DNA of 63,988 nt, filler included, from Dugesia japonica (Eukaryota): assembly GCA_001938525.1 (NCBI GenBank). It is 6 parts of 6 records of this genome, joined end to end, with 100 filler letters (N's around TTAATTAATTAA, not from the genome) between each part and the next. Parts side by side here need not be neighbours in the genome. Positions count along the whole stretch, not along the records: positions 1 to 9,368 come from MQRL01637506.1; positions 9,469 to 18,856 come from MQRL01526440.1; 4 more parts are not named here. One strand, written 5' to 3'. The position numbers and the translations under genes were made by a program. Positions 1 through 12,169 of the stretch are shown one piece after another. The notes beneath the pieces are model-generated. The model worked only from the letters and a program-made list of their open reading frames with translations. It was not told where the DNA came from and ran no database searches. Each line of letters begins with the position of its first letter. Position 1 is the first letter of the stretch.

Positions 1-230
1 AAATTATTCTCTAAATCTTCTTTTAATATTTGTAATTCAATTTGATTTATAGTCGTAGAATAAAATATTAAATTATTATAATCCATGAAATCATCAGCTA
101 ATAACATCTTCATTAATAATACATTCTTCCCACAACCGGAAGAACTAATGATTAACAATCTAAAATTATTCGGCAAAACTGTATTATTAAATAATGTTTT
201 ATTTTTATTCCAAGTCGGTAGACTGCACAT
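1..230 (-). pseudogene. Polinton packaging ATPase (A32/FtsK-like), N-terminal part; runs off the window edge
   Basis: Manual translation from ATG at 230: MCSLPTWNKNKTLFNNTVLPNNFRLLIISSSGCGKNVLLMKMLLADDFMDYNNLIFYSTTINQIELQILKED. This matches LP-x-x-FRxLIxGxSGCGKT...DYNxL of Polinton ATPases, with a degenerate Walker A (SSSGCGKN). Confidence 0.8.
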
Positions 231-249
231 TTTATAATTTTAAAAAATA

Positions 250-818
250 ATAACTAATATAACTGAAACTGAATTAAAAAAATTAATAGATTCAAATAAA
301 TCTAAATCTTTTTTAATAAATAATGAAAAATATTGGATTGGTAAGAAAGTTAAAGAAGCAATTAAAAATGAAGAAGCTAAAAAAGAGAAGGTAGATTTCT
401 TCCTCTTTTAACTTTAATTCCTTTTATCGCAAAAGCTGCAGCGGTTGTAGGCGGATTAAGAACAACCGCAGGAGGAATAGCAACAGCTGTTTCTAAAGCT
501 AGAGAAGCTTCAAAATTAAGCGTAGAAAGAGAAAAGGTTGAAGAAGAATTAAAACAATTAAAAGAAGCAGGAAATAAAACTATACAGCCATTTAAAGGAA
601 AAGGGGTCGTTGAAAGTTATAAAGGTAATGAAATTTATTTAAATCCTTATCAAGGAAAAAGAATATATAATTTTAAAAAGAATTTAATTAATCAATCAAA
701 TTTGACTGATTCAGTAAAATCAACAATAAATGAAACAAGTAAAAAATTAAAATTAGGTGAAATAGTTAAAATAAAAGAATCAAAGCATGGTTTAGGAATA
801 TATATGCGCTCTTACTAG
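250..818 (+). pseudogene. Polinton/adintovirus pX-like (core/membrane-active) protein, frameshifted near 385
   Basis: Open frame 387-818, absent from the ORF track: EGRFLPLLTLIPFIAKAAAVVGGLRTTAGGIATAVSKA...PFKGKG..SYKGNEIYLNPYQGKR...GLGIYMRSY*. It resembles the GGFLP amphipathic segment and repeated GxGxYLxPY motifs of Polinton X-like proteins. Confidence 0.65.
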
Positions 819-828
819 TTATATAAAA

Positions 829-1672
829 ATGTATGAAGATAGAATTACTTTATTAAAGCAATTTATCAAAGAACAAGATAAATATAATAATAAAGAATTA
901 TCTGAAAAAATGAATCAACAATTTTAATGCTGTTTTTTAACTCAACAACAAACACCTACTTTAAAAGCTTTAGAATGAATAGATAAAACATTATTAACAA
1001 CACAACTAGCTTCAATTGAAAACACTAAACCAGCTATTAGGAATAGAAAAAGAACAACAGCCACTATTAATTGGTATTGATAATTATGAACCGATTGATA
1101 TGAAACAAGATGTTACTAATTCAATAACGAAAACGATTTGCCCTATATTTACAAAAGAAAAAATAAATAATTTGGAATATAGAATTATAACTATTAACGA
1201 TCATTCCTTTATGCTTTATAAAGGAAATGGAACAGCATATTTATATTCTAAAGCGCATAATTTAGTAATTATATTTACAAATGATTTAGAGAATTTAATT
1301 TTAAGTAAAAACTCTAATTATAAAGATGAAATTAAAAAATATTTAAATTTATTATCTTTATGTAAATCATCTACAGCAGGTAATTATATAAAACGTTTAA
1401 AACATTTTGCTTTATCTAACGATGGGCCAATAATTCAAGAAGGTTTAGGACTTCGTCCAATAATAAGTCATCTCAACTCAATTAGTGATGACGAAGATGA
1501 TAATGACGAAAATCCTATTAATCTATTTATTGAATTAAATAAATTATTTGCTGCACAAAAAGCTGGATATAATAATGTTGATCAACAAATTAAAAGTATT
1601 CTTAGTAAATTAAGAACTAATCATTTGATTTCAACGGATAAATATAATCATCTTTTAAAGAAAATTAAGTAA
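829..1672 (+). pseudogene. Conserved Polinton-associated protein (C-terminal DPxxLxxxLxxLxAxxxAGN-type domain)
   Basis: ATG at 829 with an early stop/frameshift, then the 218-aa ORF 1016-1672 ending ENPINLFIELNKLFAAQKAGYNNVDQQIKSILSKLRTNHLIS, a motif typical of a Polinton gene found next to the penton. Confidence 0.65.
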
Positions 1673-1675
1673 AAA

Positions 1676-2391
1676 ATGGAAAAGGAAATGGAATAGCTAC
1701 TTAATTTAATGAGTTCTAAATTTTCAACAACTATATCAGCACAATCAAAAACATCTGAATTTAAAATTGATTTTCCTACACCTATAGAATTAAAAAAGAT
1801 TTTAATGATGAATTAGGCCTATTATGGTTAAGTTGTTATAATGATATTTTTAATATTATTAATTCAAATATTAAATTTCAATTAAATGATAAAATAAATG
1901 TGATTACTTCCGGTGCCTATGAAATTAAAGAATTAAACGAAAAGCTTAAAATATTTAAAATGGAAATTAAACTTGATTTATCTACAACTAAATGTGAATT
2001 AACTATTCCAAAAGATCAACTATTAATTATTGAAAACACATCTTTCTCTCATACAATTCTCGGTTTTAATCCTGGTATTTATAATAATACAAGGAAATAT
2101 ATTAGTGTTAATAATATTCAAATAATAAATATTACAACGATAAATATTACTTGTGATTTAATTAAAGGTAGTTATGTTATTGGAAAAGAAGGAAATGTTT
2201 TATATTCTTTTCTTTTAAACACTGTACCTTTTGGTTTTAAACTTGTTGAAAGAATGTCTAATCCTATTTATATTCCCGTAACTAAAAAGTTAATTGAATC
2301 AATTAGAATTTCTGTTGTTGATGAATATAATAATTTAATAGATTTTAACGGAGAAACCATTTGTATATTTTAACATTTAAAACAGATTTAA
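1676..2391 (+). pseudogene. Polinton minor capsid protein (penton, PX)
   Basis: SEFKIDFPTPIEL...ELGLLWL..YN...ITSGAYEIKELN...ILGF...INITCDLIKGSY...LYSF...P.GFKLVE...PIYIPV...IESIRISVVDEYNNLIDFNGE. Disrupted by a stop near 1694, a frameshift near 1797 and a stop at 2371. Confidence 0.85.
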
Positions 2392-2395
2392 TAAA

Positions 2396-2830
2396 ATGTA
2401 TTATTTGATACTTGATTTTTTAAAAACATTTGGAATTAATACTAAAACAAATTTTGATTTAAGAGATTATTCTATTCAATTAAACCTACCTGTCAAAATA
2501 TTAATGAATGATGAGCTTTATAAATTAAAGACAACTAAGAAATACAATGTTATTATTAATTACCAAGCCTCAAATAAAAACGGATCTCATTGGGTTTGTT
2601 TCAAAGATCGTTTGTTTTACTTTGATTAATATGGTACTAAACCTACAGATGAAGTAGAAGCTTTTTTAAATAAAGATTATCAGTCAAATGTCTTACAAGT
2701 ACAGCCTAATAATACTAATATCTGTGGTATATTATGTCTTTATATTTTATATATGTTAAACAATACAGATATTTCTTTTATTAAAATTATTGATTCTATT
2801 TACTCAGATTTAGAAACACTTTTAAAATAG
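2396..2830 (+). pseudogene. Polinton adenain-like cysteine protease
   Basis: IINYQASNKNGSHWVC...YFD*YG.KP...QVQPNNTNICGILCLY contains the His, Asp, Gln and Cys catalytic motifs. A single in-frame TAA at 2627 replaces the Ser of FDSYG. Confidence 0.9.
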
Positions 2831-2851
2831 TAAATTATTGCAATATAAAAA

Positions 2852-3306
2852 ATGAGTACTTCTATTCCTACAAGTAAATCTGGTTCAACTATGCAGACAA
2901 ATGATTTTTATTTAGAAGATGTTATTAAATACACAGAAGCTAAATTAGCTAAACCTTTAGAATACAAGTTAAACAATAAAATTACTAGAGAGATAAATAA
3001 TCTTGATAAAGTTTATGTAATTGAATCGGGTGATAAAATAGATAAACTAGAAGTTATTCAAGAACCTAAAATTGATAATGATGTTGTAAATAATTAATAT
3101 TTAAAGAAATATACAGATAAAATAAAAAGGATTTAGATAATAAAACAACGTTGAGAATAGATTCACTTGTTACTAGAGGGAACGAAATAATTAAATCTAG
3201 AATAACAAATTTTAAAACTAAATTAGATAAAGAAATTAAATCTTTAATAGATAAAGAAATAAAACAAATCGAGTTAAAAACAAATGAAAAAGTTAATCAA
3301 GTTAAT
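2852..3306 (+). pseudogene. Unknown Polinton ORF (coiled-coil, K/E/N-rich), broken and interrupted by a Penelope-tail insertion
   Basis: ORFs 2852-3097 and 3151-3342 share codon style and an AAAATG start with neighbouring genes. No recognisable motif. Confidence 0.4.
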
Positions 3307-3392
3307 AATTACAATTATTGTGAGAATAATTGTTGGATTTAACCAGTGATCGCTTTTGAGATTTCATTAAAATAAGAAAAGCTTCGATCAAA
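3307..3392 (-). repeat. ~100-bp dispersed repeat (3' tail/pLTR of the Penelope-like family at 42992-43930), copy 1
   Basis: ACAATTATTGTGAGAATAATTGTTGGA..TAACCA.TGATCG...TTCATTAAAATAA..AGCTTCGATCA; homologous copies at 14821, 15873, 31690 and 42992. Confidence 0.75.
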
Positions 3393-3749
3393 ATAAAATT
3401 ATAAAAAAGATAATAAAAATTATGTATATTTAGATTAAAATAAATTATATAAAGATAAAAGAGATAATTTATCTTTCATGAATACTCGCTCTAAACCTTA
3501 TCCCAATTTATTATATATTGAAAAGAAAGGAAATCAAATTATCCTTAACCAACATGACCGGGAAAATAAAAAAATTATGACTATAAAAAAGATTTTGAAT
3601 TTGGAAAACTAGTTTCAGGAGATAAAAATACGAGTGGATTTATTTATGAATGCTTATGTTATGAAACTAGCAGCGTCATCAACAGGAGTAGCTCGTGATG
3701 TTAATAATAATGAAACAATATAAAAACAACGTTTTATTAAATTTCAAAA

Positions 3750-4310
3750 ATGGAGAAAGAATATAATAATATTTATCCTAATATTAATGAAGAAGTTCAA
3801 TTTAATCAAACTGAATCGATAGCTGATTATAAAAATAAGCTTAAAACATTAAGAATTAAAGATTTTGAAAATGATTTAAAATTTTTAACTAATAAAATAA
3901 ATCATTATAATAAATTATATAGAAGATGGAAAATTTTTGATACAGGTGTAAGATATACAGATATTTTAATAGAATCTTTATTTGGTGCAGCAGGAATAAC
4001 TATAACCATTTTGGCTACAAGTGGTATAGTTGTTTTAACTCTTCCTGTTATTATTCTTATTACATTTCCTTTAACTAATTCAATTATACATGGTTTATTA
4101 AATATAGGTTTAATTAAAAGAAGAAAGACGAAATATAATGATTTAATTAAAGAATTAGAAACAAGTAAGAATAAATTATTTCTTTATCATCAAATATGTT
4201 TACATGATAATATTTACAGATGAAGAACTAAATACTAGTAAAACTAGTGTTATTGAAATCAAAAATAAAATATTTAGGATTAAAACAGATATTGAAATTA
4301 AAGAAAAAAA
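3750..4310 (+). pseudogene. Conserved Polinton-associated two-TM protein
   Basis: IYPNI...RIKDFENDL...HYNKLYRRWK, a hydrophobic segment (LFGAAGITITILATSGIVVLTLPVIIL), then KRRKTKY...LHDNI, with a frameshift before TDEEL. This pattern is common in Polinton gene sets. Confidence 0.6.
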
Positions 4311-4527
4311 GAAATAAATAATAATAATAATACTTTTTTAAAACAAAGCTAAAAGAAATAGAATCTTTAATAAATCAACCTACTCCAAAAGTACGGAAAA
4401 AATAAATCAGAAATAGATTATAATTGTTTTAATTATATAAAATTAAAAGTTTTTTATAAAATTTAAAATATTTTTAAGTGTATAAAAATTATTTATAAAA
4501 AATATTTCAAACGAAGTTATTAATTAT

Positions 4528-4860
4528 TTGGTTAATAGCAAAGAATTTAAAGAAATTAAAGATGAATTTATTGCTGTAAAGAATTTATCTCAAGCGAATA
4601 AAGTTGCATTGGCGCCTGAATTATTTATTAAATTTAAACAATATGAAGCAGCTATAAAATCATCTGGACAAACAATTATTAATCTAGATTTCGAAAATGA
4701 AGCTTTGGTTCAACAACTGGAAAAATATGGTAAATATGATCCGGAAGAACTAAATAGAGCAATTAAATATAAAGAATTAGAAGAATCTAATAAAGATCAT
4801 CACGGTAGATTAAAACATAGATTATTTCAAACGTTGGATCAATGTAAGAATATAAAATAA
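4528..4860 (+). CDS. Hypothetical 110-aa Polinton-associated protein (possibly a pseudogene)
   Basis: Open frame with the same codon style as the module. TTG start; no motif recognised. Confidence 0.3.
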   Translation: MVNSKEFKEIKDEFIAVKNLSQANKVALAPELFIKFKQYEAAIKSSGQTIINLDFENEALVQQLEKYGKYDPEELNRAIKYKELEESNKDHHGRLKHRLFQTLDQCKNIK

Positions 4861-4929
4861 AATAATAAACCAAATATTGAAAATAAAAATAAAATACAAT
4901 TTCTTTATTATACATTATCTTTTCTATAA

Positions 4930-6865
4930 TATTAACCAATGTTTTAACTCATTGCAAATATATGTTAACTGCGCCGATTTTATCTCCATTTTTATTAATT
5001 TATTCTTTTCATGCGCACAAAATGTTTATCCATCTCATTAAATATTTCTTCATTTGTTTGTTTATATGTGCTGCTTTCCTCATAATAACCTCTTCTACTT
5101 TATCATCAGGTATCCATGTTCCTTCGTCATTCTCATCAAAGTTGCCTTGTTTTTCTTGAATATATAATGTATATAACATCCTAGTTTTTAATTTTCCACT
5201 TTAAGGACCTTCATGTGACATAAGAAATTGTCACATTTATCGCGTCTACTCCTTGACAACATATTCGCATTTTTATGAAGCGATCATTTTCTATATTTAT
5301 ATTTTATATATAAACTGCTCAAATAATTAATCTTAGTTTAAAACTGTAATGTGATTGGTTTCTTGGTCTTTAGCATAAAAATGATGGCTTTATGGTCTGT
5401 TCTGAAAATAAATCTCTTCCTATATAAGTAATGTTTGAAATGAATGCAAAAGTAATAAATTGCGAGTAATATTTTCAAAGTAGTACAATATTACTTTTTC
5501 ATGAGTCTTCATTGCGTGTGACCCGTATGCAATTACTCTTTCTTGCCCATTGTTGTTTTAAAGAGATAGAACTCGCATCCGTATACAAAATAAATCCTCT
5601 ACTTATATCTGGAAAACATAGTATTAAAGACATCATTAATGCTTCTTTCATTCCATTAAAAACTTCTTCTAATTCATTTGCCCATTCAATTTTCTTGTTA
5701 CTTGACCCACAGCTGTTCCAACAATCTAGTTTTCTTTAAGTAATCTTTAATAAACTTGCTATAGTAATTGCAAATTCACCAAAAAGCTCTCATTTTCTTA
5801 ACGCAATTTAATTTAGCAAAGTTCTTAATTGCTTCTATTTTAGTTGGATCTGTTTTGACACTTTTTTTATTGATAAATGTGCTACAATTTAATATCCTCT
5901 CGCACGAATTAATATTTTTCTTGATTAACTCTTAGATCAGCCTTCTTAATTTCTGGAAATACTTTATTGAATANTTCATAGTGTTGCTCCTTTGTTTCGG
6001 TAAATAGGAGAATATCGTCTAGATAAACCATCGCTCCTTTTACTTTTCAGATTACTTTATTCATCATTTCCTGGAACGTACCTGGTGCTGCTGCAATTCT
6101 AAAAGGCAAAATTGCCCTTGTTTGGTCAAAATACCCGTTTACTTTTGGGAATCTTCCAGCATTGTTTTCTACATTTGGCATAGGAAAAGTTTGTCTTTCT
6201 GTTATTGCATTGAGCTGTCTAAACTCTAAGCATAATCGTATATCCTTTTTTTCATTTTTCCAAACGCACATTAATGGCATATTCCATTGAGAATTACACC
6301 TCCAGATAAAACCGTAATCATACAGATTCTTGATGGACTCTTCAATCTTCTCTTTTAGATTCATTGGTTGACGATACGGTTTTATGTTCATTGGACCTCT
6401 TTGAGTGATTATTCGATGCTTTGTTAAATGTGTGCATTCAATTTCCCATTTTTCAGTCATAATTACATTCTCACTGTTCTGAATAATCGTAGCCAATATA
6501 TAATTTTTTTTAATTTCTAGAATCTTCATTACATGTCACAATCGTTCACCCGTCTGTATCTGCCTTCCAAATTTTACTTTCATGTGGCAAACAAATTTTT
6601 CTCGATGATTTTTAATTTCTAACTTGCACTTTATTTGAAGATGATACCAAAAATATTCTGAAATTCCACTCCACCAATTAGATCAGGTATTAATTTCTCT
6701 ACTATTATAAATGTTACTTCCATTCACACCGCTGAAACTACAACGTCAACACATATCTTCTCAATTGTCTCCAATGAGCTGTTATTCGCGCACTGCAATC
6801 ATTCTTTGGTTTTCTCTAGCATTGTTTCTCCGAGTCCACTAAATACTTTCATACTCACTGCAATT
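4930..6865 (-). mobile_element. Ty3/Gypsy pol remnant (protease end, RT, RNase H), heavily decayed
   Basis: PMNIKPYRQP...SQWNMPLMCVWK..KDIRLCLEFRQLNAITERQTFPMP, PFRIAAAPGTFQEMMN, VYLDDILLF (about 6005-6030), YTDAS (about 5570-5585) and RTDHKA (about 5387-5404). Confidence 0.9.
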
Positions 6866-6920
6866 TGATTTAATCGCTGATTGGTATTTTTGAATTGTAC
6901 AAAAACTCATATGGATGATA

Positions 6921-7137
6921 TGTTGTGAATTTAGTCAATTTCGGTATGAAAATGACTACAAAATAGTTTCTTCTGTTGTCAACTTCCATCTATAATTAAT
7001 CATTCTTATTAGATAAATGACCGCATTTTATAATTTTTCCATATTTTTGAATTATAATTCTAATTATTTCGTTTTTTTAATTTTATTTTTTTCAGTTTAT
7101 GATCATTACAATAATAGATAAGTACATTAAAAAGAGT
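6921..7137 (+). repeat. LTR-like direct repeat, copy A
   Basis: About 80% similar by eye to 9045-9254; begins TGTTGTG; the two copies flank a gag-protease fragment. An N gap lies at 7297-7353. Confidence 0.55.
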
Positions 7138-7397
7138 ATGGTATATGTGAGTTTTATAAATTTAAATATAATATATAGAATTTCAATTATTTTCAAAAAT
7201 TAATAATTTAATGATTTGAAATCAAATATAGTTTAGATAAATTTCGAATGTTGCATTTTACGTATGATGAATCAATTTACCAGAAGATGACAAAATNNNN
7301 NNNNNNNNNNNNNNNNNNNNNNNNNNNNNNNNNNNNNNNNNNNNNNNNNNNNNGTGAATTTTTTTAATATATATTTTTATCGGAAATTGGTTATTCA

Positions 7398-9030
7398 TTG
7401 AATTCGTTATACTTAAGAAATAATAATTCTAACATGGTGACCACGTTATTGGCAAATTTTATAAAACATCCAGAAATGTTTGAAATCAGAAACAACGTTA
7501 ACCAGTTTATCAAGGATTTCAATCGATTCTTTGACCTCGCTATTATTGATGAAAATTATAAAGAAACGTTTATAAGAGCTTTTCTGCAATCAGGTGCAAC
7601 CAAAAAATACGTAGAAGTACAAAAAGTTACAAATTATAAAGAAAGATTATTGATGGCCTTTTATAAACCATCAACGTTTATTAATGACTGGAATGAAGCT
7701 CTAAGATATAGTAAAAGAAGAGATCGGGTAAATGAATTCTGTAAAAAACTTGAAGAATTTACAGACAATATCTTACAACATAAAATGGATAAAGAAACTT
7801 TACTGAAAATTCTATTGTTCAATGCACTCGATGACAAAGAAATGAAAATAGATATTAAGAAATAAGAATTGAATACGTTTTAAGAAATGAAAGGCAGAAT
7901 GAAAATGCATGAAAAAGTTATAGAGGAAATTGATGAAACCGATAAAAATGTTGCAGCTATGAGAAAATCGTATGACCAGTCAGTAAAATCACAACATACT
8001 ATAAATAGTGGAGCTAGATTCGTAAATAGAAAATCATATTATACAAACCTCAAGCCAGGATATAGGAAGGATAATAATGTCAAAACTCATGAAAGTTCCA
8101 AAGGAAAAAGATTTGTTCCGAGAAATGAATATAATAGAGGTAATAATTATAGTCAAAATAATAGAGACANAAATTACAGAAGTTTCAATCAACAAAATAC
8201 AATACAATCAAATAAAGGAAGTTTTCAGAAAAATAGGACATCGCCATCCATCATGTCCAAATGTTAAGTGCACACATTGTCAAAAACAAGGACATTTTAG
8301 ACATCAATATTATAGATTAAACGAAAGATTTCCTAGATAAGTCGCAGGAATAAAGGAAGGATTTCCCGAAGAGAAACAAAAGGATGAATATGACGAACAT
8401 AAAGAGTCACACCCAAATGCCAAAGCTTTCTGTACTAGAAGAGGTAACAAAAGCACAATAAATGTAAGTCATCTTCTGAGAAAAAATTGTTTGAATGAGA
8501 TTGTATGTTTGATTTAAATTTATCTAAATATGTAATATAAATAATTAATATTTTATTTTTGATGTTTACAATATTAATAAAAATGATTTGTATAATCTCA
8601 CAACAAATGAAAGTTTTAATTCACCAATAAGTATGAAAAATTATGGACAATCAATACTGAGTTAGCCACTGAGTTATGTACGATCAATAAAACTGATTCA
8701 ATAATTAAATATGATGCAATGGATGGTAGGCCGAGTGTTTATGTGAATATAAACAATAAAAATATTAGATGCTTATTAGATACAGGAGCTAAGATAAGCG
8801 TAATTAAACAAAGTGTTCTAAAAAAATTTCAAATTATGAATATTAAGAATAGAAAACGTACAAATAGAGGGTTTAGTAACGATAAACGTCAAAATCGAAG
8901 GAATAAACGAAAATAAAAATATCGACTTTTATATTGCAAGTGAAATATCACCAAAACTAATTGTTGGAATGAATTTTTTGAATGCGTTTGATATAAAGTT
9001 AAAGGCTAAAATTTTTTTTGATTTAAAAAA
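7398..9030 (+). mobile_element. Ty3/Gypsy gag plus aspartic protease remnant
   Basis: Gag-like ORFs 7398-8340 with degenerate knuckles (GHRHPSCPNVKCTHCQKQGHFRHQY). Protease DGRPSVYVNINNKNIRCLLDTGAKISVI at 8719. Confidence 0.85.
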
Positions 9031-9044
9031 AACTGAGATGGATA

Positions 9045-9254
9045 TGTTGTGAGTTTAGTCAATCTGTGTATGGAAATGACTAGAAAATATTTTCTTCTGT
9101 TGTCAACTGCTATTTATAATTAATCATTCGTATTAGATAAATCACGGTATTTTATATTCTCTTCATATTATTGAATTTAAAATTTCGTTTTTGCTAATTT
9201 TATTTTTTTCAGTTTATGATCGTTATAATATTAGATAAGTACATTAAAGAGAGT
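9045..9254 (+). repeat. LTR-like direct repeat, copy B (may extend to TCACA near 9343)
   Basis: Homologous to 6921-7137; preceded by a purine-rich GAGATGGA. Confidence 0.55.
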
Positions 9255-9369
9255 TGTTGTCAAATAAAACCCAGCAAAACGAAGACGAGATACCATAAAG
9301 TTTAGCTTAACCTGGAAAAGGAGGGGCATCAGAGTGCTATCACAAATACTTGGGGATTCTAGGTTGTCN

Positions 9370-9468
9370 NNNNNNNNNNNNNNNNNNNNNNNNNNNNNNN
9401 NNNNNNNNNNNNTTAATTAATTAANNNNNNNNNNNNNNNNNNNNNNNNNNNNNNNNNNNNNNNNNNNN
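9370..9468. other. Artificial scaffold linker N-TTAATTAATTAA-N (also about 18857-18956, 28021-28120, 36377-36476, 55462-55561)
   Basis: Identical stop-codon 12-mer flanked by about 44 Ns on each side, five times. Confidence 0.95.
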
Positions 9469-9499
9469 TTTACACTTTAGATCTAATATGTGGTTATAA

Positions 9500-9575
9500 T
9501 TTTATATGCGGCCCACGGAGTTATGATGCATTTCCAAAGTGGCCCTTAAGATCATTTGGGTTGGCCACCCATAAA
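9500..9575. mobile_element. hAT-type terminal fragment
   Basis: ATGCGGCCCACGG...GTGGCCC...GGTTGGCCACCC resembles hAT/Charlie subterminal motifs and TIR. Confidence 0.4.
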
Positions 9576-9777
9576 CTAGTCAATTAATACAAACTGAAGG
9601 TATTTATTTTCTTTTACTTTTGCATTCACTGAGTATTGCAAAATTAAATTTGGACCACTATAGTGGTAATTAGCGTAAAAAGGGTTGGTAATTTAAATAT
9701 AAACAGAAGAAATTACACAAGAATAGACAATAAATAAAAATATTTAAATAGACATTCTAGGAAATGAGTACGTTTGC

Positions 9778-9811
<34 letters not shown>

Positions 9812-9933
9812 NNNNNNNNNNNNNNNNNNNNNNNNNNNNNNNNNNNNNNNNNNNNNNNNNNNNNNNNNNNNNNNNNNNNNNNNNNNNNNNNNNNNNNNNN
9901 NNNNNNNNNNNNNNNNNNNNNNNNNNNNNNNNN

Positions 9934-9994
<61 letters not shown>
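9778..9994. repeat. (ATT)n microsatellite with gap (similar tracts at about 16560-16817, 24341, 28121-28165, 36477-36542, 61548-61663)
   Basis: Seen directly; explains the poly-I/L/N ORFs in the track. Confidence 0.95.
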
Positions 9995-12169
9995 TGTTTT
10001 AAATTTTTTTTCCGGTGACAAAACATTTGAAGAACTTTAAAATAAAAATAAACTTCCGGTGATCTGTTAGACATTAATTGAAAATTACTTATATGATGAC
10101 TAGAAAAGTAACAGATATAATTAATAAAATTAGAAAACCGAATAAACCATCGTTTTAGGTACAATATTTGGGTGTCTTACTATTTTAATAAGTAGAATAT
10201 AATAAACATAATTTTCATTTGCAAATTTATTTGCAAAATGCAATCGAAATGTCTCATTTTTAAAGGGTTGATAAAGGAATCGTTTACAATAGTAAAAAAA
10301 ACGCAAAACAAAAGATAGAAGACCAATTAACCACTACAAATCTCATCAAATTAAAAATTTCATGGGACAAAATTCTTTTAATTTTATTAAATTATATTGT
10401 AATAGTATTCTGCTAGCGCCTTTTGGAAAATCAATCAATTACAATGTCGAAAAACTGTTTGAAAAGAATAATCAGCAAAATGAATTAAAGAAATTGATCA
10501 GTCGTTATAATATCATATTTTGTTTAAGACAACGCTCGAATTTACTTATTTTTAACAGCCCAATAACAGATATCAAAGCTTATATAAAATGTCTTACTTC
10601 ATTCATCGTATTTGTCTGTCATTAGATATTAACTTATTCACATTTTTACTGATTTCCTTTTTAGTTCTTTAAAAACTTAAAAACAAATTGGAAGTAAGTC
10701 TCACTCAGATAACTGCGAAATTCGAAGTTTGATAATTCCTTGAAAGATATTTTAAAAAATAATGTTTAATAAAATTATTTTTTTATTTAACATTTACAAT
10801 TTTTATTATGACCTAAAACACGAAATAATATTTAATTCAAAGTTATATTGTCAAAAACATTTTTCAATTATAATTGTTTAAAATTTAATGGTTTTGTTTA
10901 ATTCATACTAATTTAATTTAGTTAAAATATTTCAAATGAATTCTATATTTTAAAATCATTCCTTTTAAAATTTTGTTTAACATTTTTAGTAAATTTGTAT
11001 TATTTGAAATTATTTTCAAATTATGTATCACCATAATAAATGTTGGTTTATAAATAAAATTTTATTAGTCTGAAATTTTTGGAATTAGAAAATTAAAAAT
11101 AAACTGAAAAAAGTTTATTTTTAATTCAATAAATCAATAACAACATTTTATAAATGTAAAAATTGCAAATTTATATATGGTTTTCTTAAATTTTTTTAAT
11201 GAAAATTTTGTAATTAAAAATTACATTAATTAATTACCATAAAAATATTTTGTTTATTGATTAAAAAAATGATTTTTTAAATTTTTTTAAATTAAAACAT
11301 TGGCTTATAATAAAATATAAAATAAATATAAATATTTTTTTTTTACATATTTTTGATGAAATTGGATATATTTTATGTTTCCAAAATAAAGTTGAAATTA
11401 CTCAAGAAATTATATTAGCAAAAATTTCAAAATAAAAAGTTATAAATTAATATTAAATAATAATCAAGTTATATATGTAATGGAAACGTGCTTGTTTCTT
11501 ATGGTCATCTTTAAATTATTCCTCGTCAACATATCGTCAAAATCAAATAAATCAAAATGAAATTGAAACTTTTGATTTTATAAATATAAAACAGGTATTA
11601 TTATAATTTTTATTATTATATTTTAGATAGATTTAAACAACAAAATTTTTTTTAGTTCCAAATTAAATTATATAATAAAAATATTAAAAAAAAAACTAAT
11701 CTTCACTCCATTATATATTGAAAATGATCAATAAATGATAATTGGAAAATTAAAACAACAGCATCAAATTTCTCCTGGAAAATTTTTAAATCAGATTATA
11801 AAAATAATTCCAAATTAATTAATTAAATTAAATTAAATGTTTACAAAATAATTTACATGGTCAATATAATATAAATCTGTAAGTTTTCAAATATTTTTGA
11901 ATTTCTTTTCATTTATGAAATTTTTTTGCAATAAAAATTTGACTATTTATTATATTATTTATGATACTTTTCTGTTATTCGGATTCATTTTTTTATAAAT
12001 TAATATTTATTAATTTATAATATATATTGGACATTTTTGTTCTAAATAAAACTTTTATAACATGTAAGCTAAATATATATTAAATGGGATATTGATAGAA
12101 TACATATTTAGTCATGGATCAATTGATTATAATCTGTTTGTTTAATATGAAATTTTACACAATCAAAAT

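Larger units (their letters stand above)
1..4870. mobile_element. Polinton/Maverick (adintovirus-like) virion-morphogenesis module, decayed
   Basis: Tightly packed intronless ORFs: A32/FtsK-like ATPase N-terminus, GxFLP pX-like protein, AGN-motif protein, penton, adenain-like protease and a 2-TM protein. Most carry stops or frameshifts. No hexon or integrase is visible in the window. Confidence 0.9.

Noticed and set aside
2627-2629. Stop-codon readthrough or an alternative genetic code in Polinton genes
   Set aside because: TAA, TAG and frameshifts all occur at unrelated positions, and the GPCR uses the standard code; ordinary decay is the simpler explanation.
9713-10164. Poly-Asn/Ile/Leu ORFs (also 16524-16860 and 61460-61719)
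   Set aside because: These are translations of (ATT)n microsatellites and N gaps.
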